DNA from: Octopus sinensis | Taxonomy: Eukaryota | Assembly: GCF_006345805.1 (NCBI RefSeq) | Contig: NC_042999.1 | Span: forward strand, 142,786,001-142,850,000 | DNA length: 64,000 nt | Direction: 5' to 3' | In this document: positions 38,701 through 52,150 of the stretch, one piece after another | How the letters are laid out: every line of letters starts with the position of its first letter | Position numbering within the stretch: the first letter of the stretch is position 1 | Program-made: the position numbers and the translations under genes | Notes under the pieces: generated by a model | Told to the model about the DNA's origin: nothing | Database searches by the model: none | What the model saw: only the letters and a program-made list of their open reading frames with translations

Positions 38701-40023
38701 TAAAATTGCATTCAGCTTAATAGTTTCCAACAGGCTTATCTGCTGATCAAGGTCAGTCTCCTGTCAGTATTCTATGGTTTGCTTTTGTTGATGTACAGAA
38801 CTTGGTTGCTGATGATGCTTACTATGCTGCTAAGTCTGCCATACTTTTATTGTTGGCAGAGCAACTTAGTGAAACAGTCATCCTTGCTTCCACAAAGGAA
38901 GCAAGTGGGCTGAATGTGAGTGTATGTATATGACATCAAATTATCAACAAATAGATCTCTTGAGTTGACATTTATATCAACTGCTGTCATTTTGTATTTT
39001 AAAGCTGCATGCTGTAATTCACCTTCTAGCTCAGATCATTATTGTAGTCTCCTTTTCCTTTAATATAAAATCAGAGCATGAAAGCTGCTTAGAATGCATT
39101 TCTTAATTTTATAGCTTATATTGTTCCTTCCATCTCTGCTACCTTCCAGAATTATATTATCAGATTCAGCACTTGTAAATTTTTTTTTTATATCAAGAAT
39201 ACCAAAGGTTCTATTAATTTTCAAATGATTTCAGTTTCAAAACTAAATTTAGATGTGCATGGATACATGTGTGCAGGCCATTGAGTCAAAAATGTTACGT
39301 AATCCTTCATATAAAACTCATACTGAATTTCTGGAAGTCTACTGTTATTTCACTCTGAAGGCATCCCTACAGCATTTGCTCTAACTGATGAACATCCTTT
39401 AAATCACACGAATGGTTTATCTTCAAGAAAGTATGAGAAGTAAAAAAATTTCCTACAAGAACTAGCACCTATTCTGATAATTAGCTATTAAACTAAGGCA
39501 CTTTTAGTTATGTGGTTTACTAAAATGTACATAAAGAATGCTACTTCAGCAAACTTAGTAATGGTCAAGTCAAGTGTTGAGAATGTACTGCATAATCAGC
39601 CATCCAAGAGGTTGATAGCTTTACTGTTATGAGGCAATGGCTGCACTGTGGCCTTCATTAGTGTTAGCTTTTGCATTGCTAACTTTAACTCTCCTTGAAG
39701 TAAAAAATGCCTTTCTTTAATACAAAAAAAAAATTGATTTTCACATTCTTTGTTAGTTTTTTCCTTTAATTTTTCACCATTTTTCCTTCTTCCTGCTCCT
39801 CTTTTAATTCTGCCTTAAGCTTTTTCTATAGCATCATCTTTTTAGTTAGCTTTATCTCTCTCTATCTACTACTACTACCACTACCACCACCACTACTACA
39901 ACTAGCTTTCTTTAGCATCCTCTCTTTAGCTCACTTTCAAACCAAACTTTTTTAGTCTTTGGCCTAATCTAATTTATGACACTGAACCATTCACTTGATT
40001 TTGATATATTACTTTTTATCCCC

Positions 40024-40080
<57 letters not shown>

Positions 40081-40499
40081 CAGTCTGTTTCTTTCTTCCA
40101 TTTTTCTTTCTTTCTAGTTGTTAAACTCACTAAACTAAAACAATTGTCATTTGTGGACTCTATTTATTGACCATTTATAAACCACAGCCTTTTTTTTTTT
40201 TTTTTTTTTTTAGAGTTTGTAGCAAAGGAACAATCATTGTACTTAATTACTTGTATCAACTACTTTGAACAAATTAGGTTTTCTTTTATTTTCCATTTTT
40301 AATGTGTTGCTGGAGTTTGGGTGGGTTCTATCAGGATGTTTTACCATAACCACATAACACGAAGAAGCACTTCCCATCACTCCCTTTCCTGTTATTAATG
40401 AAGACATTTCTTACACGCAACTCTTTGGACACTAGTAGATTTGGAATGACTGACATGACATTCAATTTGTATTGGTGACAGTACTTGCATGTGTTGGAG

Positions 40500-40538
<39 letters not shown>

Positions 40539-41519
40539 AATATGCACATACAGAGAGACAGGCAGACATTACAATTTATTAATTGAACATGTTTAACAAA
40601 TGTTTTCTCTCTCCTTGAAAACACAGAGGAAAATGCTCTCTCATGCACACACACACACAGGGAATGAGAGAAGCATTAAAACATCTAATATCAAATAATC
40701 CAATTGTTGAGTCAACAACACCAAATAGATAGTGCCAAAACATCTCATACCCTGCAATGCTATATTTCTGAGATGAGTAATTTACCATATTTTAATGTGT
40801 ATAAGGAACCCTTTTTTGTCAAAAGTTAGGTTAAAGAAATAATCACTCCAATCACCATCCAGGAGGTCAGTAAGTATTGGAAATAACTCATGTAGTTCCC
40901 AAAGACCTTAAGAGTTTGTGTTTAACATAAGACTGATGATACAAAATGAGAGAAATTTCTCTACTGGATAAAGCACCAGACTGTTATAGCAAGTATTCCC
41001 ATTTGATTTAGCACCAGTTGCCTGAAGTTTAAGTGAAGTGTGCTGCCCAAATGCACAATGCCTTTCGTGGATTTTAAACCCAGTGTCTCTGAACTATTAT
41101 ACCAATACCATAACCACTTGATCATCATACTTCTACATAAGGTGGTAGGATTTGTTCATCTTTATATCTTTATTGAAGTTAAAGCAAGAGACACTGTCTG
41201 CATAGTGTAGCATATCTACTAAGAACACCATAGCAAGTTTCAGAAACAATGTATGACTGTACTTTGAGAACACAAGGTAGTAAGTATAATACTATATATA
41301 CTGAGCCATTTCTCTTCTAGGTTAAATCCAGAATTTGAGGAAATTGATGGTGTGTGTTTGGCAAAAATTAGTCTAGAGGAGAGTTAGAAGAAAAATTTAA
41401 TATGTTCTATTGTCATGGGAAGTGAAGAATTTCACATTTGGATACTCTGGTAGATGAAGTATCAGATTGTCAACTAAGAGTAAATAGTAGCTTAGTCACT
41501 AGGATGGGTACAAAGCAAC

Positions 41520-41790
41520 CATCACAGCTGCTAACCATTTTTCTATGCTTGCATCGGTGGGACATATTCTCTTCAACAGAGTACCCTACTACTCTTTGTA
41601 TTTCTTTGTCACGTCCTTTGTGAGGTTCAACTTAGAGTCAGAGCTTCACCACTTTTTGCCCATGTTTTCCTTGGTCTTCCTCTTCCATTGGTTCTTTTCA
41701 CATGAATTTCCTGGAATTTCTTCACCCAACTTTCACTATTCAAATGTATCACAAGTCCATACAAGCATAGCCATCACTCTTGCGCACTAC
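41520..41790 (-). mobile_element. Decayed RTE LINE 3' end
   Basis: Minus-strand remnants of the GRGRPRKTW / LNLTKDVT / CPTDASIEN C-terminal motifs. Confidence 0.55.
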
Positions 41791-42911
41791 AATTAATCCC
41801 TCTTATATTCAGTTTTTCTGCTCAGCCCTTCTGTGCTTCATTAATCTTGCACACTGGGCAAGCATAATTTTCTACTTTTAATTTATTAAAAAAAAATTTG
41901 TTGAATTTTTATTTATTTAATTTTTGAACACTTTTTTTTTTTCATCCATTTAAGTGTTGCTCCACTTTTGAATGTCCCATTTTGTTTAAGTATGCTTCAA
42001 AATGTAATTCAGAGGTTTCAGATATTACCTGTGCCTCATTTATGTGAATTACTATTTAAGAGTCTCTTTTCCTCTAACTATTTACTTATTGTTCAGCAAA
42101 ATCCAGTTCATTGGATTAATGTCAATAGCACTTAACAAGATTTTATTATTTAGCAAGAAACGCTACTTTTTTATTTTCATTGAAGATAAAATACCATCAG
42201 CATTGTATTACAATTTACATATAGCGATGTTAATGCATTTTTCTGATTCCAACTCTGCTTAACCTAATTTCTAACTCTGAATCAATGATTCCAACTCCAC
42301 AGACCTCCTGGCTTCTCCCTTTCTTTAGGCTCACCTTGTACGTCTATTCTTTGCAGAGATTAACAGTAATGTATTATTGTCTGTAATAGTTGGTAACAAT
42401 GTATTAATAATGTACAGTAGGTGTTCTGACCTGTCCTCTCTTAGCCAACTTCCATTAATAGATCAAACAGCTTAAGACACCAGTCTAAACAATGTAATCT
42501 ATGCATATATGCTAAGGCTGTCTGTTAAGATGAGATTATTTTCCTTTCAACTTCTTCCAGCCTACTTGCAAATCCTCTTGCCATTTTCCCTATTATCATC
42601 TGTTAATTAGTGAGCCATTGCTGCCAGCTCATTCACAAAGAAACACTCATTAATTAAAGTATCTGACAGCTTAGCACAGAGGTGAGCATTATCAGTCTAG
42701 GTATTTGTTTTTACATCACAGCTTTTTGTCTTTTCAATCTAAGTTCAAATCCCACCAAAGCCAACTTTGCTTTTCAATTCTGTCTACATTTGCAACATAA
42801 ACCTCCCTACAGACGATGTAATTACTCCAGTCCTATGTATCCTCATTCTGTTTTAGCGGCAACTAACAGACTTTCCAGTGGATGTGGTGTCTTAATTTCA
42901 CTCTACCCCTG

Positions 42912-43249
42912 CCTCAACATCACCATCCAAGTGCTATGAAAAGTTCTATCTCCATTCTCAATATAATGAGTTATTGAATTAACATAAGGTGGTGAGCTAA
43001 CAGAATCATTAGCATGCCAGGCAAAATGCTTACTGGTATTTCATCTGTCTTTACATTCTGAGTTCCAATTCCTCTGAGGTCCTCAACATCACCATCCAAG
43101 TGCTATGAAAAGTTCTATCTCCATTCTCAATATAATGAGTTATTGAATTAACATAAGGTGGTGAGCTAACAGAATCATTAGCATGCCAGGCAAAATGCTT
43201 ACTGGTATTTCATCTGTCTTTACATTCTGAGTTCCAATTCCTCTGAGGT
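42912..43249. repeat. Perfect 169-bp tandem duplication including a SINE head
   Basis: 42912-43080 is identical to 43081-43249. The SINE (head at 42986/43155) continues to ~43330. Confidence 0.95.
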
Positions 43250-43806
43250 CCACTTTGCCTTTCATCCCATCAGGGTTGATAAATTAAGCACCAGTTGAGC
43301 ACTGGGGTTGATGTAATTGACTTACCCACTCCAATATATGTTACTGGCTTTAGCTGTATCTAAGGCAAAAACAAAGTAGGTTCTCTTTCTGTGTGGTTTG
43401 ATAGCTTTAATTTGCTTATAGAGATGTGGTTGGGGGTAGGTGGGGGTCACAAGATGTTTGACAATCCATCATGACTTAGTGTTGCAGTCGATATTTACAG
43501 CTATTTATGTTTGGATTATCTGGAAGAGACATTGTTATCAAGTTGTTCTGAAATGTTGATGTGTCTGAATGCTGTTCCTGAAGAAGTGTAAAGAGGTGAA
43601 CAGGTGCTGTATGGTTTGGAATAGTGTCAACCATGATGAAACCAACTTTCAGATTCAATTTCTTATTTTGGCAGTAGGTATTTTTGTAGATGAGTGAGGA
43701 ATAGAATGCAAGTTGAAACATAGTTCCTGACTATATATGTATTTGTATATTTATATAAGGGTCTTCTTTTTTTTTTTTTTTTTTTTTTTTTCAAATACTG
43801 TGTTAC

Positions 43807-43990
43807 GGTACTGAGCTGGCAGAACCATTAGAATGCCAGGCGGCATTTGCCCCTCTCTATATTCTGAGTTCACTGTAGTCAACTTTGCCTTTCATACTTT
43901 CAAGTCAGTGAAATAAGTCCCATTGGGGTTGATGTAATCGATTTACTCCCTCCTGCAAAATTGCTGTCCTTTTGCCAAAATTTGAAACTA
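43807..43990 (+). mobile_element. tRNA-derived SINE, decayed (12707 family)
   Basis: GAGCTGGCAGAACCATTAG...GTCAACTTTGCCTTTCAT...TTTGAAAC. Confidence 0.7.
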
Positions 43991-46411
43991 GTATATTTCT
44001 GTGTCAAAAGCTGTTCATGTTTGTTTATTTTTGTTACCTTCTGCATAGATTAAAATTCATTTGAGTGTAATGGATGTCTAGAATTTTGACCTTTTCTGTT
44101 GTGATGGTCGTTGTTCTTTACCCCAAGATCAGTTCTGGTTGTATATGCCTTTAATCCGAAGCATTCCATTTGTGATCATCTAATCTTTTTTTAAACACTG
44201 TATCTAGAAACACATTCAATATGCCTTTCTTTAAGACAATAAGTGTAATTTAAAGGAAATTTGGTTCTTATTTTGAGCTTTTGCTCATACAACTATATTG
44301 GAAGTAGTGATTACCAACCCTTTCACTAAAAGGGCTCTTTTATGGATTTTCCCAATAACACCAGGTTTTCTACACAATAAATTTTGAACTCATGGACCCA
44401 CAGTACTATTGTTGTGGATCTCCAAGGATCAACAGACCCCACGTTGTGAGCTACTGCTTTAAAGCAACCCATTTAGTATCCAAATTTTCAGTAGCTACAT
44501 ATCTAATCTATATTTCACCTCAGTTTATATACCTTCAAGGTTGCTAAAGAAAGTGCCAGAAATGTAATGTGAACTAGTTCAGTAAATAACTCTAACCTAC
44601 ATTATGATAAATAAAAGAACATTTTTAAAAATGTATGCAACAAGTACAAATATACCAGTTCTGTTAGGTTGAAATTTTAATTAATATTGTGATTGCCAGC
44701 CAAATTTACAAATTGATTGTTCTGTGTGCTATTATTTTTCTCTTTTCAGTTTCTGACCTACATACATATTTTTATTTTACAATGAGGATATTTTACATGA
44801 AGGATATTAACCTTTCTAAATCCAAATCTATGTTAGAAAAATAAATTATTCAGAAGCTGTTTTCATGAAAATCAATTTAGTGTTAGCTTTTTATTGTTCA
44901 CTGCATAAAATGTGTTAATTGGAAATAATCATAACTATAACAGTTCTGTTTGGTTAGAATTTCAATTAATATTGTGATCACAGATCAAACTGTACAAATT
45001 GATTGTTCCAGAAGTGTTGAAAAAACAGAATTTGTCAATATTATTTTAATTATTCCAGCAAGTATGGGAGGCAATTCTAGACATGTTTCAATCTTATTAG
45101 ACTCTTCAGCAAAGTATAGACTTTACCATATGAAGTATTGATGAGAAAATTAATGTTAATTAGTGTAAAAATAAAAATTTGCATATTTTAGAGAATTACT
45201 TTTTAAATTTTACTGTACCTAATATATTAACATGAACTTAACTATTGTTTTTCATTTAAATGGTGTGCAACTTTTTTTTTTGTAATATCATCATCATCAT
45301 TGAACATCCACCTTCCATGCTGGCAAAAGTTAGATGGTTTGATGGGAGCTGGCAAGCTGGAGACCTACACCAAGGCTCCATTGTCTTATTTGACATGGTT
45401 TCTACAGCTGAGTGTCCTTCCTAATGCCAACCACTTTACAGAGTACACTGGGTGCTTTTTATTTGGCACCAATACTGGTGTGTTTTATGTGGCACCAGCA
45501 CTCAATACATGTTAGTTTTTTACATCAGCTAGTGTACTGTGTAGTAAATTTATATGAACACTGACTGGACTACTGTGAACTTGCAGTTTAGTTTAATAAT
45601 TAGTTGTACAACTTCTCGAGCATATTTTGCATGCTGGGATTGTTTTTCAGAAATTTAAAATTTACACATTATTACAGTGAATGTTTTACTACTGATTTTT
45701 CTCTTCCCAATCACTCAGCTGTCAAGTACAAATAGTGAAATCTGTTGTCAACCAGGAAAACTGAAACAAACAATGGTACTTAAAATACAAAAACCTCACA
45801 TTATGTCTTTAGTCTTGTACCAGCAGATTTCATTAAGATCAATAATGATTGGTAATTATGGCCAACTTTGCCTTTCATCCCCTCCTTCCCTCAAGATCAA
45901 TAAAGTACTGGTTAATGACTGGGAGTTTATGGTATTGGCTAACCCCACCTCTCCTCAGAATTGCTGGCCTTGTACCTAATTCAGAAACCATGAAACTAAA
46001 TGCTTTCAATTTAAAGAGTTTTACAGAAAAAATTCAAAATTTTTTCCTCAACTAAAAGATTTTTGATGCTGAAATTGGAAAGCTTTTCTGGTGGCAGTTT
46101 CAGCTTCTTGTTTTAATATTTGGGTTTCTTTTAGAAATCTTTCATTAGAATATTGAATTAATTTTTGTATTGAAGATAATTATCAATATTGTCCAACATA
46201 ACATTAATTAGAAATCTAAATAGTTTTTCTCCCTCTCCCTCCCCCCTCTGACTCTCTTTCAATGAGATTCTTTTCCTTCATGTTTAATGAATGGTTGAGG
46301 TGACTAGGAATTTGAAGACCATAATTATAATATAAACATCCAATTTACATACACAGCCACATCTAAATATAAGTACACAGATGCTCAAACTCTACTCATG
46401 TTTATACTTTT

Positions 46412-46600
46412 TCTCCTAACTTGCATGACACTAACCATGCTCTCCATCTCTTTAACTCTTTCTCCTCCCCTTCTGCCCCCTCTAAATTTCTGTTCACTCT
46501 TGATATAAATGAAGGATTTGCACCAAAACACTTTCTGGATCTTCAACCTGCACACTTCTTCATTTGGCCAAAGTTGTTCCCTCCCTCAACTGCTTATTTT
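46412..46600 (+). pseudogene. Penelope-like element RT fragment
   Basis: HDTNHALHLFNSFS...KFLFTLDI..EG...KHFLDL resembles the PLE RT block DTNH...LFTMDVKSLYT..EGL..LKHFLD, with an internal deletion. Confidence 0.55.
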
Positions 46601-48241
46601 TTAAGTCATTTTCACTTTAAAATATTTTTTAGATATGCCAAAAACAATTTTTGTAATGGTATTGGCTTGAAAATATTTTTTAGAAAAATTAAAATATTGT
46701 CTGTTTAAAGAAAGCTAAAATATAAATACTTACTGTACAAACAACTTACATTTTTGGAATCACATTCACTTAAAAATATTTTTAAATGATTAAAATATTG
46801 TGTTTAACAAAAGTGAAAATAGAAACATTTACTGTAAAAACAACTTGTATTTTTTCCTTGGCAAGTTGAAGTCACCAGTCTGCAACAACAAATCTTCATT
46901 TTCAATTTCTCTATGATTTCTATACCAAACACCATCACAAATTCCATGCAAACTAAGAACTTCAATGACGAACTGTTTAACCTTACAAGAGAAGCTTTTT
47001 ATGGAATAAGAATTTAGCAACATCAACATGACTCAAGTAATTTCTCTTTGAACTTTTTTCATAACATCATGGATAAGGAAAGAGTATTTCATGGTGCGAT
47101 GTATGAAAATTATTCTATAGAAGAAAAGCAAGCACTTGCTTTCGTCGTGAACAAATGCTGATTCCCACCCCCGTTTATTCCAGCACTCCCCACCCCCATT
47201 ATTTGGAACCTCAGAGTAAATGGTAGGTTTTTAAAAAATCAAGGGAGACCACCTAGAAACTTTTAAAATTTTATATGGTTACCACGATACAATTATCGAT
47301 TTTCCAACCCACCTGCTTATAAGAATTTAAGCAAATATCCACCCCATCCACCCCTATATACTCTCAGGGATCGAGAGTACATGTGCATATATAAACCTCA
47401 TTGTGTACACTTTTATAGATATACTAATGTTGACCGATGTCTTGGTCTTCAGAAAGCCACACAATCTGATCAGCATCCAAATTAACCTTTTTATTAATTC
47501 TTAAAGTGACTGTTTAATTCTATATTTTTTTAAGTTTGAACAGGAAATATTACATGTGCATTGCCTTTGTTGTTGCATCCAACCAATTGCTCTCTTCAGT
47601 ATGTGAAAAAATAATGTATGCATGCCTTTTAACTATACTCTACTGGCAATCAGACCTTCAAATATTTCCTCCTACTCTTCTGTTTCTCTCTCCCTCCCTC
47701 CCTCTCTCTCTCTCTCTCACACATACAGATCAATTCCTTCGTCTTCTAATAAATTGCTGCTACCAGTTGTTAGTTTACCAGAATTGAAGCTATTGAACAC
47801 TTTATGTCAGTTGTCAGTTAGAAGTTTCCTTTGGTGACCTACAGCAGTATCTTTAGTTAGCTCCACAAATATCTATACCATTTACCTGTGGGAATATTTG
47901 ATTTTCATCACAAGAAACTATTACATTGCTAGTAAATCCTATTTTATGATATTGACTAGAAGAGTTAGTAGAGCGTCTGATGTAGTGTCTTAGTTTCTTC
48001 TTTTTATGTTCTGAGTCAAATTGTGATTCTGAAACGTGCACGCACACACACACACACACAATTTTGTCAGTGAACGGGTTGCAGTCTCAAAGCGCCGAAA
48101 ATATTTTGACAATTAAATTTAAATGTTGAAATGAATCTAATGGTTTTCGTGTGTTTCTTAAATGGCTTATAAACACCTTCCACGCTGCAATTGTTTATAT
48201 ACATATATATACATACATGTTTGTTTGTCTTTTTTTTACAG

Positions 48242-48333
48242 AAATGATGTCAGTTCAGATGACAATATTTGGACCGGTCTATGTTGCATGATCTTCATTT
48301 TTATCATCATCAGTGTTTTGGCATTCCCTAATG
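48242..48333 (+). CDS. PTDSS1: PTDSS1 coding exon 2
   Basis: TTTTACAG|[32 protein letters not shown]|GTAAGT; 92 nt, phase 2 to 1. Confidence 0.95.
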
Positions 48334-48895
48334 GTAAGTTTATTATTTCTTTTTTTAAATTTCTTTTATTGTTGTTTTCCAGTTTTTTTACAAAACATGA
48401 ATAACCAATATCCTAAATAGCACTTATAAAGGAAATATCATTGTCATTGTCATAAGTTTTCGTGTTGCCACAGATAACTACTACAATAATTTAATCTTTT
48501 ATTGATAATGTTGAAAAGGCATTAGTAAATCAAAGCAATATGTCATTTGGGTCAAGGTACTGTTAGTATTTATATAATGAAATTTGATTCTCTAATGAGA
48601 AACCTGTGCTTGTCTTGATACACAGATACTTCATCTTCAACTGAAAGGAGTTTCCTTTCTTTGTTCTTGCAACTTGTTAAATAAGAAAAAGCTTGTTCAC
48701 ACTTGTAAGTGGAAAATTGGAGCAATACTTATTGGTATCTTTTGAATGATAGGATCGTCTTCTTTTACAAAACCTTAGAGCTTGTTCAGGACTAGATCAG
48801 TAAATTTCATCTCCAGTACATGGTAGCTCACTAAATTCTTACTCTTGTTTCAATTAAATTCTTCACTAAATTCCTCTTGTTTCACTAAATTCTTC

Positions 48896-49041
48896 CTCTT
48901 GTTTCAATTAGATATGAAAATAATGAAGAATTTAGTAAAATACCTTTGTCATTATTTATCTGATGGTTGGAACATGAATTAACATGAAATTTTGATGAGA
49001 CATTTTAAATAGATCACTTTAAAACAAGAACTTTGTATGAT
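48896..49041. repeat. ~146-bp direct duplicate of 50091-50237 (MITE-derived)
   Basis: The two copies are near-identical, 1.2 kb apart. Confidence 0.85.
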
Positions 49042-49543
49042 TCAGAATATAGATCCTTCTGTTGAAAAGGGAGAAAAAGTATTGTTCAATTTGTTCAATT
49101 TTGATCAATTGTCCTTCCAGATAGGTTTCAATAAGGCCTGAAATTTACTGATATACTTGTTTGCTTTTAACTAAGACCAATATCAAAATTTTCTCGTTTT
49201 ACAAGAAAAATAAAGCTACTTTAAGAGCCAACATTGATGGACCACCATCAGAGGAGATGCCAACTCAGTTTTTCAGGAGAAATCTCTTGTTTCTAGATAT
49301 GGAGTCAAAATATAAAATATATCAAATACTTTTACTTATCTCAGAAAAGTGTTTTCTTGGATTCCATTTTCATTGACAAATCTTGCAACATCAAGACATG
49401 AGATTTATTCACGTGATCTACTCATCAACCTATGTATAAGATTTTCCTATTTTGCTGTTTATTATGCAAATCATGTTTCATATCATGTGACATATATCAT
49501 CAATACATCAACTTATTGTATTTTTAACCCACTATAATTTTAC

Positions 49544-49850
49544 GTGTGGAGGCACATGGCCTAGTAGTTAGAGCAGTGGACTCGCGGTCGAGGGATCGCG
49601 GGTTCGAATTTCAGACTGGGCAATGTGTGTGTTTATGAGCAAAACACCTAAGTTCCATTTGGCTCCGGCAGAAGGTAATGGCGAACTTCTGCTGACTCTT
49701 TCGCCACAACTTTCTTTCATTCTTTCCTCCTGCATCTTGCAGCTCACCTACGATGGACTGGCATCCCGTCCAGGTGGTGAAACTATACGCCAAGGAAACT
49801 GGGAAACCAGCCCTTATGAGCCAGGGATGGCTCAAAAAGGAACAAACAAT
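49544..49850 (+). mobile_element. tRNA-derived SINE, CpG-retaining (young)
   Basis: GGAGGCACATGGCCTAGTAGTTAGAGCAGTGGACTCGCGGTCGAGGGATCGCGGGTTCGAAT head. Confidence 0.8.
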
Positions 49851-50662
49851 TTTACATACTGGTGTTAATAAACTCTCACTAACACAATGATTTTTTTTTC
49901 CTGTGCAATAATTTCTGTAACCAAATAAATTGCTCCATATGTATTCTCTTTTTAAAATTCAATAACCTTTTAAAATAATTATCTCTTTTATTTTTTGTAT
50001 GACTAATTTGTTATGAAGTGCCTTTTCAGTTTTGTTGGAGCCATTGCTGCATATAACTATTTCATTACCATATTTCTGTTGAAACATACTCTCTTTGTTT
50101 CAATTAGATATGGAAATAATGAAGAATTTAGTAAAATACCTTTGTCATTATTTATCTGATGGTTGGAACATGAATTAACATGAAATTTTGATGAGACATT
50201 TTAAATAGATCACTTTAAAACAAGAACTTTGTATGATAGTCTCAGGCAGGCTGGTATCAAAACAGTGAAAAGATGTTTGCTGCAGATAAGGCTCAGTAGT
50301 GTAGTACAAACAGGAAAAAAAAATAACATGGAAAAGAAGATAGCTATTGAGGTAAATAAAGACAATTAGCCAAAGGAAGTGAGGAACAGAAAAAAACTAT
50401 TCAAGTACCAATTTTTCATGAACAACAAAAATAACAAATATACTTATATAAATTATAAAAATGAAATGTTGGTAAATGAGGGACTCTATTGCATGTACTT
50501 TATATGTGAAAAAGAAGTGATTAGCACCCTGAGACCAGCTCAAACAAGAGAAAATGCTGATACAAATCCAATTGAATCTTGAAAAGCTTGAAACTCTTGG
50601 AGTTTAATTTTGGTCACACCTTTTTTCACTTCCAAGTACATCCAAATTACCTTCATACAGAC

Positions 50663-50735
50663 AATTCTCTGTCTCTCTCACACTCAGTTATATGTGCAAT
50701 GCACATATAACTGTGTATGAGAGAGACAGAGAATT
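50663..50735. other. 35-bp inverted repeat with a 3-nt loop (2 mismatches)
   Basis: AATTCTCTGTCTCTCTCACACTCAGTTATATGTGC / AAT / GCACATATAACTGTGTATGAGAGAGACAGAGAATT. Confidence 0.9.
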
Positions 50736-51846
50736 TTAAGCATAAATACGTAATGATTATGAGTTTAGATCAATGTACAAACAAGATTTATTTGCTAAAA
50801 TTCAACTGTTTCTAAGCTGAAGTTTCATTTTCTCTCTATAAAAAAGTATTGGGTAATGCAGGAGAGAAGATTGTTCTAGGCATGATCACCTGTCATGTTT
50901 TTACCCCATGTCAACAACAACTAAATAGAAGTATTTAAAATTGAATAGGTTTAAGCTAAACAAAAATTGATAAAAAGATATAAATTAATTTCACATTCTT
51001 GCTGTCTCTGTCTGGCCCATCTTGGGTTGCATGAAAATGATTACCACACCAAAAAACATGGTTGTGTATATATTTCATTTAGGCTAATAATTTGTAGTAT
51101 GTGAAGAATAACATAGACCTATCTTTTTTTTAACATTTTCTAAATTTTTATGTTTTTAAGTCATATTATTTTTCAGGGCAGTGAGTTGGCAGACAAAATG
51201 CTTGGAGACACTTCTTCCGGGTCTTTACCTTCTAAGTTCAAAATGCTGCCAAAGTCAATAAAATTTAACTGTTTTTTTTTTGAACATCAGATATAGTGAG
51301 GCAAGTGATTGGTCTGCCTGATAATGTGTGTCAGTTACTTACAGACATGATATAACTGCTATAAAAATAATTTAAATCATAGCCCTGTCTGTCAAATGTG
51401 TGGCGGATAGATTACATTAGATATTATCAGTTAAAATCAACATCATCATTTGGCATCTGCTTTCCATGCTGGCATGGCTTAGACAGTTTGACTAAAACTG
51501 GCAAGCTTAAGGGCTGCACCAGGTTCCAGTCTGATTTGGCATGGTTTCTATGGCTGGATGCTCTTCCTAACACCAACCACTCCAAGAGTATAAATGATGC
51601 TTTTATGTGATACTAGCATTGGCCAAGACTACAATTTCACTTGGTTTGATGGGTTTTCCCAAGCACAATATATTGCCAAAGGTCCCAGTCACTTGTCATT
51701 GCCTCCATGAGTCCCAACATTGAAAGGGTGCTTTTTACATGCCACTGACACAGGTGCCAGTTATATGACACCAACATCAACCAGAAAAAAGAAAATTTTA
51801 TTATATATATATAAGCAGAATAATCTTTTTCTACTTTTTTGTCCAG

Positions 51847-51891
51847 GTCCATTTACAAGACCTCACCCTGCAATATGGAGGATTGTTTTTG
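51847..51891 (+). CDS. PTDSS1: PTDSS1 coding exon 3
   Basis: CCAG|GT-PFTRPHPAIWRIVF-G|GTAAGT; 45 nt; GPFTRPHP motif. Confidence 0.95.
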
Positions 51892-51935
51892 GTAAGTCAT
51901 GTTATGTTTGTTTTTATTATTGTTATTGTTAATGT

Positions 51936-52150
51936 ATCATTAGCATGCCAAGCAAAATGCTTAGCAGAATATTGTCTGTCTTCATGTTCTGGGTTCAAAT
52001 TCCACCTAGGTCAACTTTGCTTTTTCATCCTTTCAGTGTTGATTAAATAACTACTAGTTATGCACTGGTGTCGATGTAATTGACTTAATCCCTTCCCCCA
52101 AATTAGAGGCCTTTTGCTTCCAGTAGAAAAGATTATTATTATTATTATTG
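51936..52150 (+). mobile_element. tRNA-derived SINE (12707 family) with an (ATT)n tail
   Basis: ATCATTAGCATGCCAAGCAAAATGCTTAG...GTAGAAAAGATTATTATT. Confidence 0.75.

Noticed and set aside
38734-38915. ~60-codon open frame between CAG and GTGAGT, with two local hairpins resembling an H/ACA layout
   Set aside because: The phase is incompatible with PTDSS1 intron 1 (or gives a stop), there is no recognisable homology, and the ACA box spacing is non-canonical.
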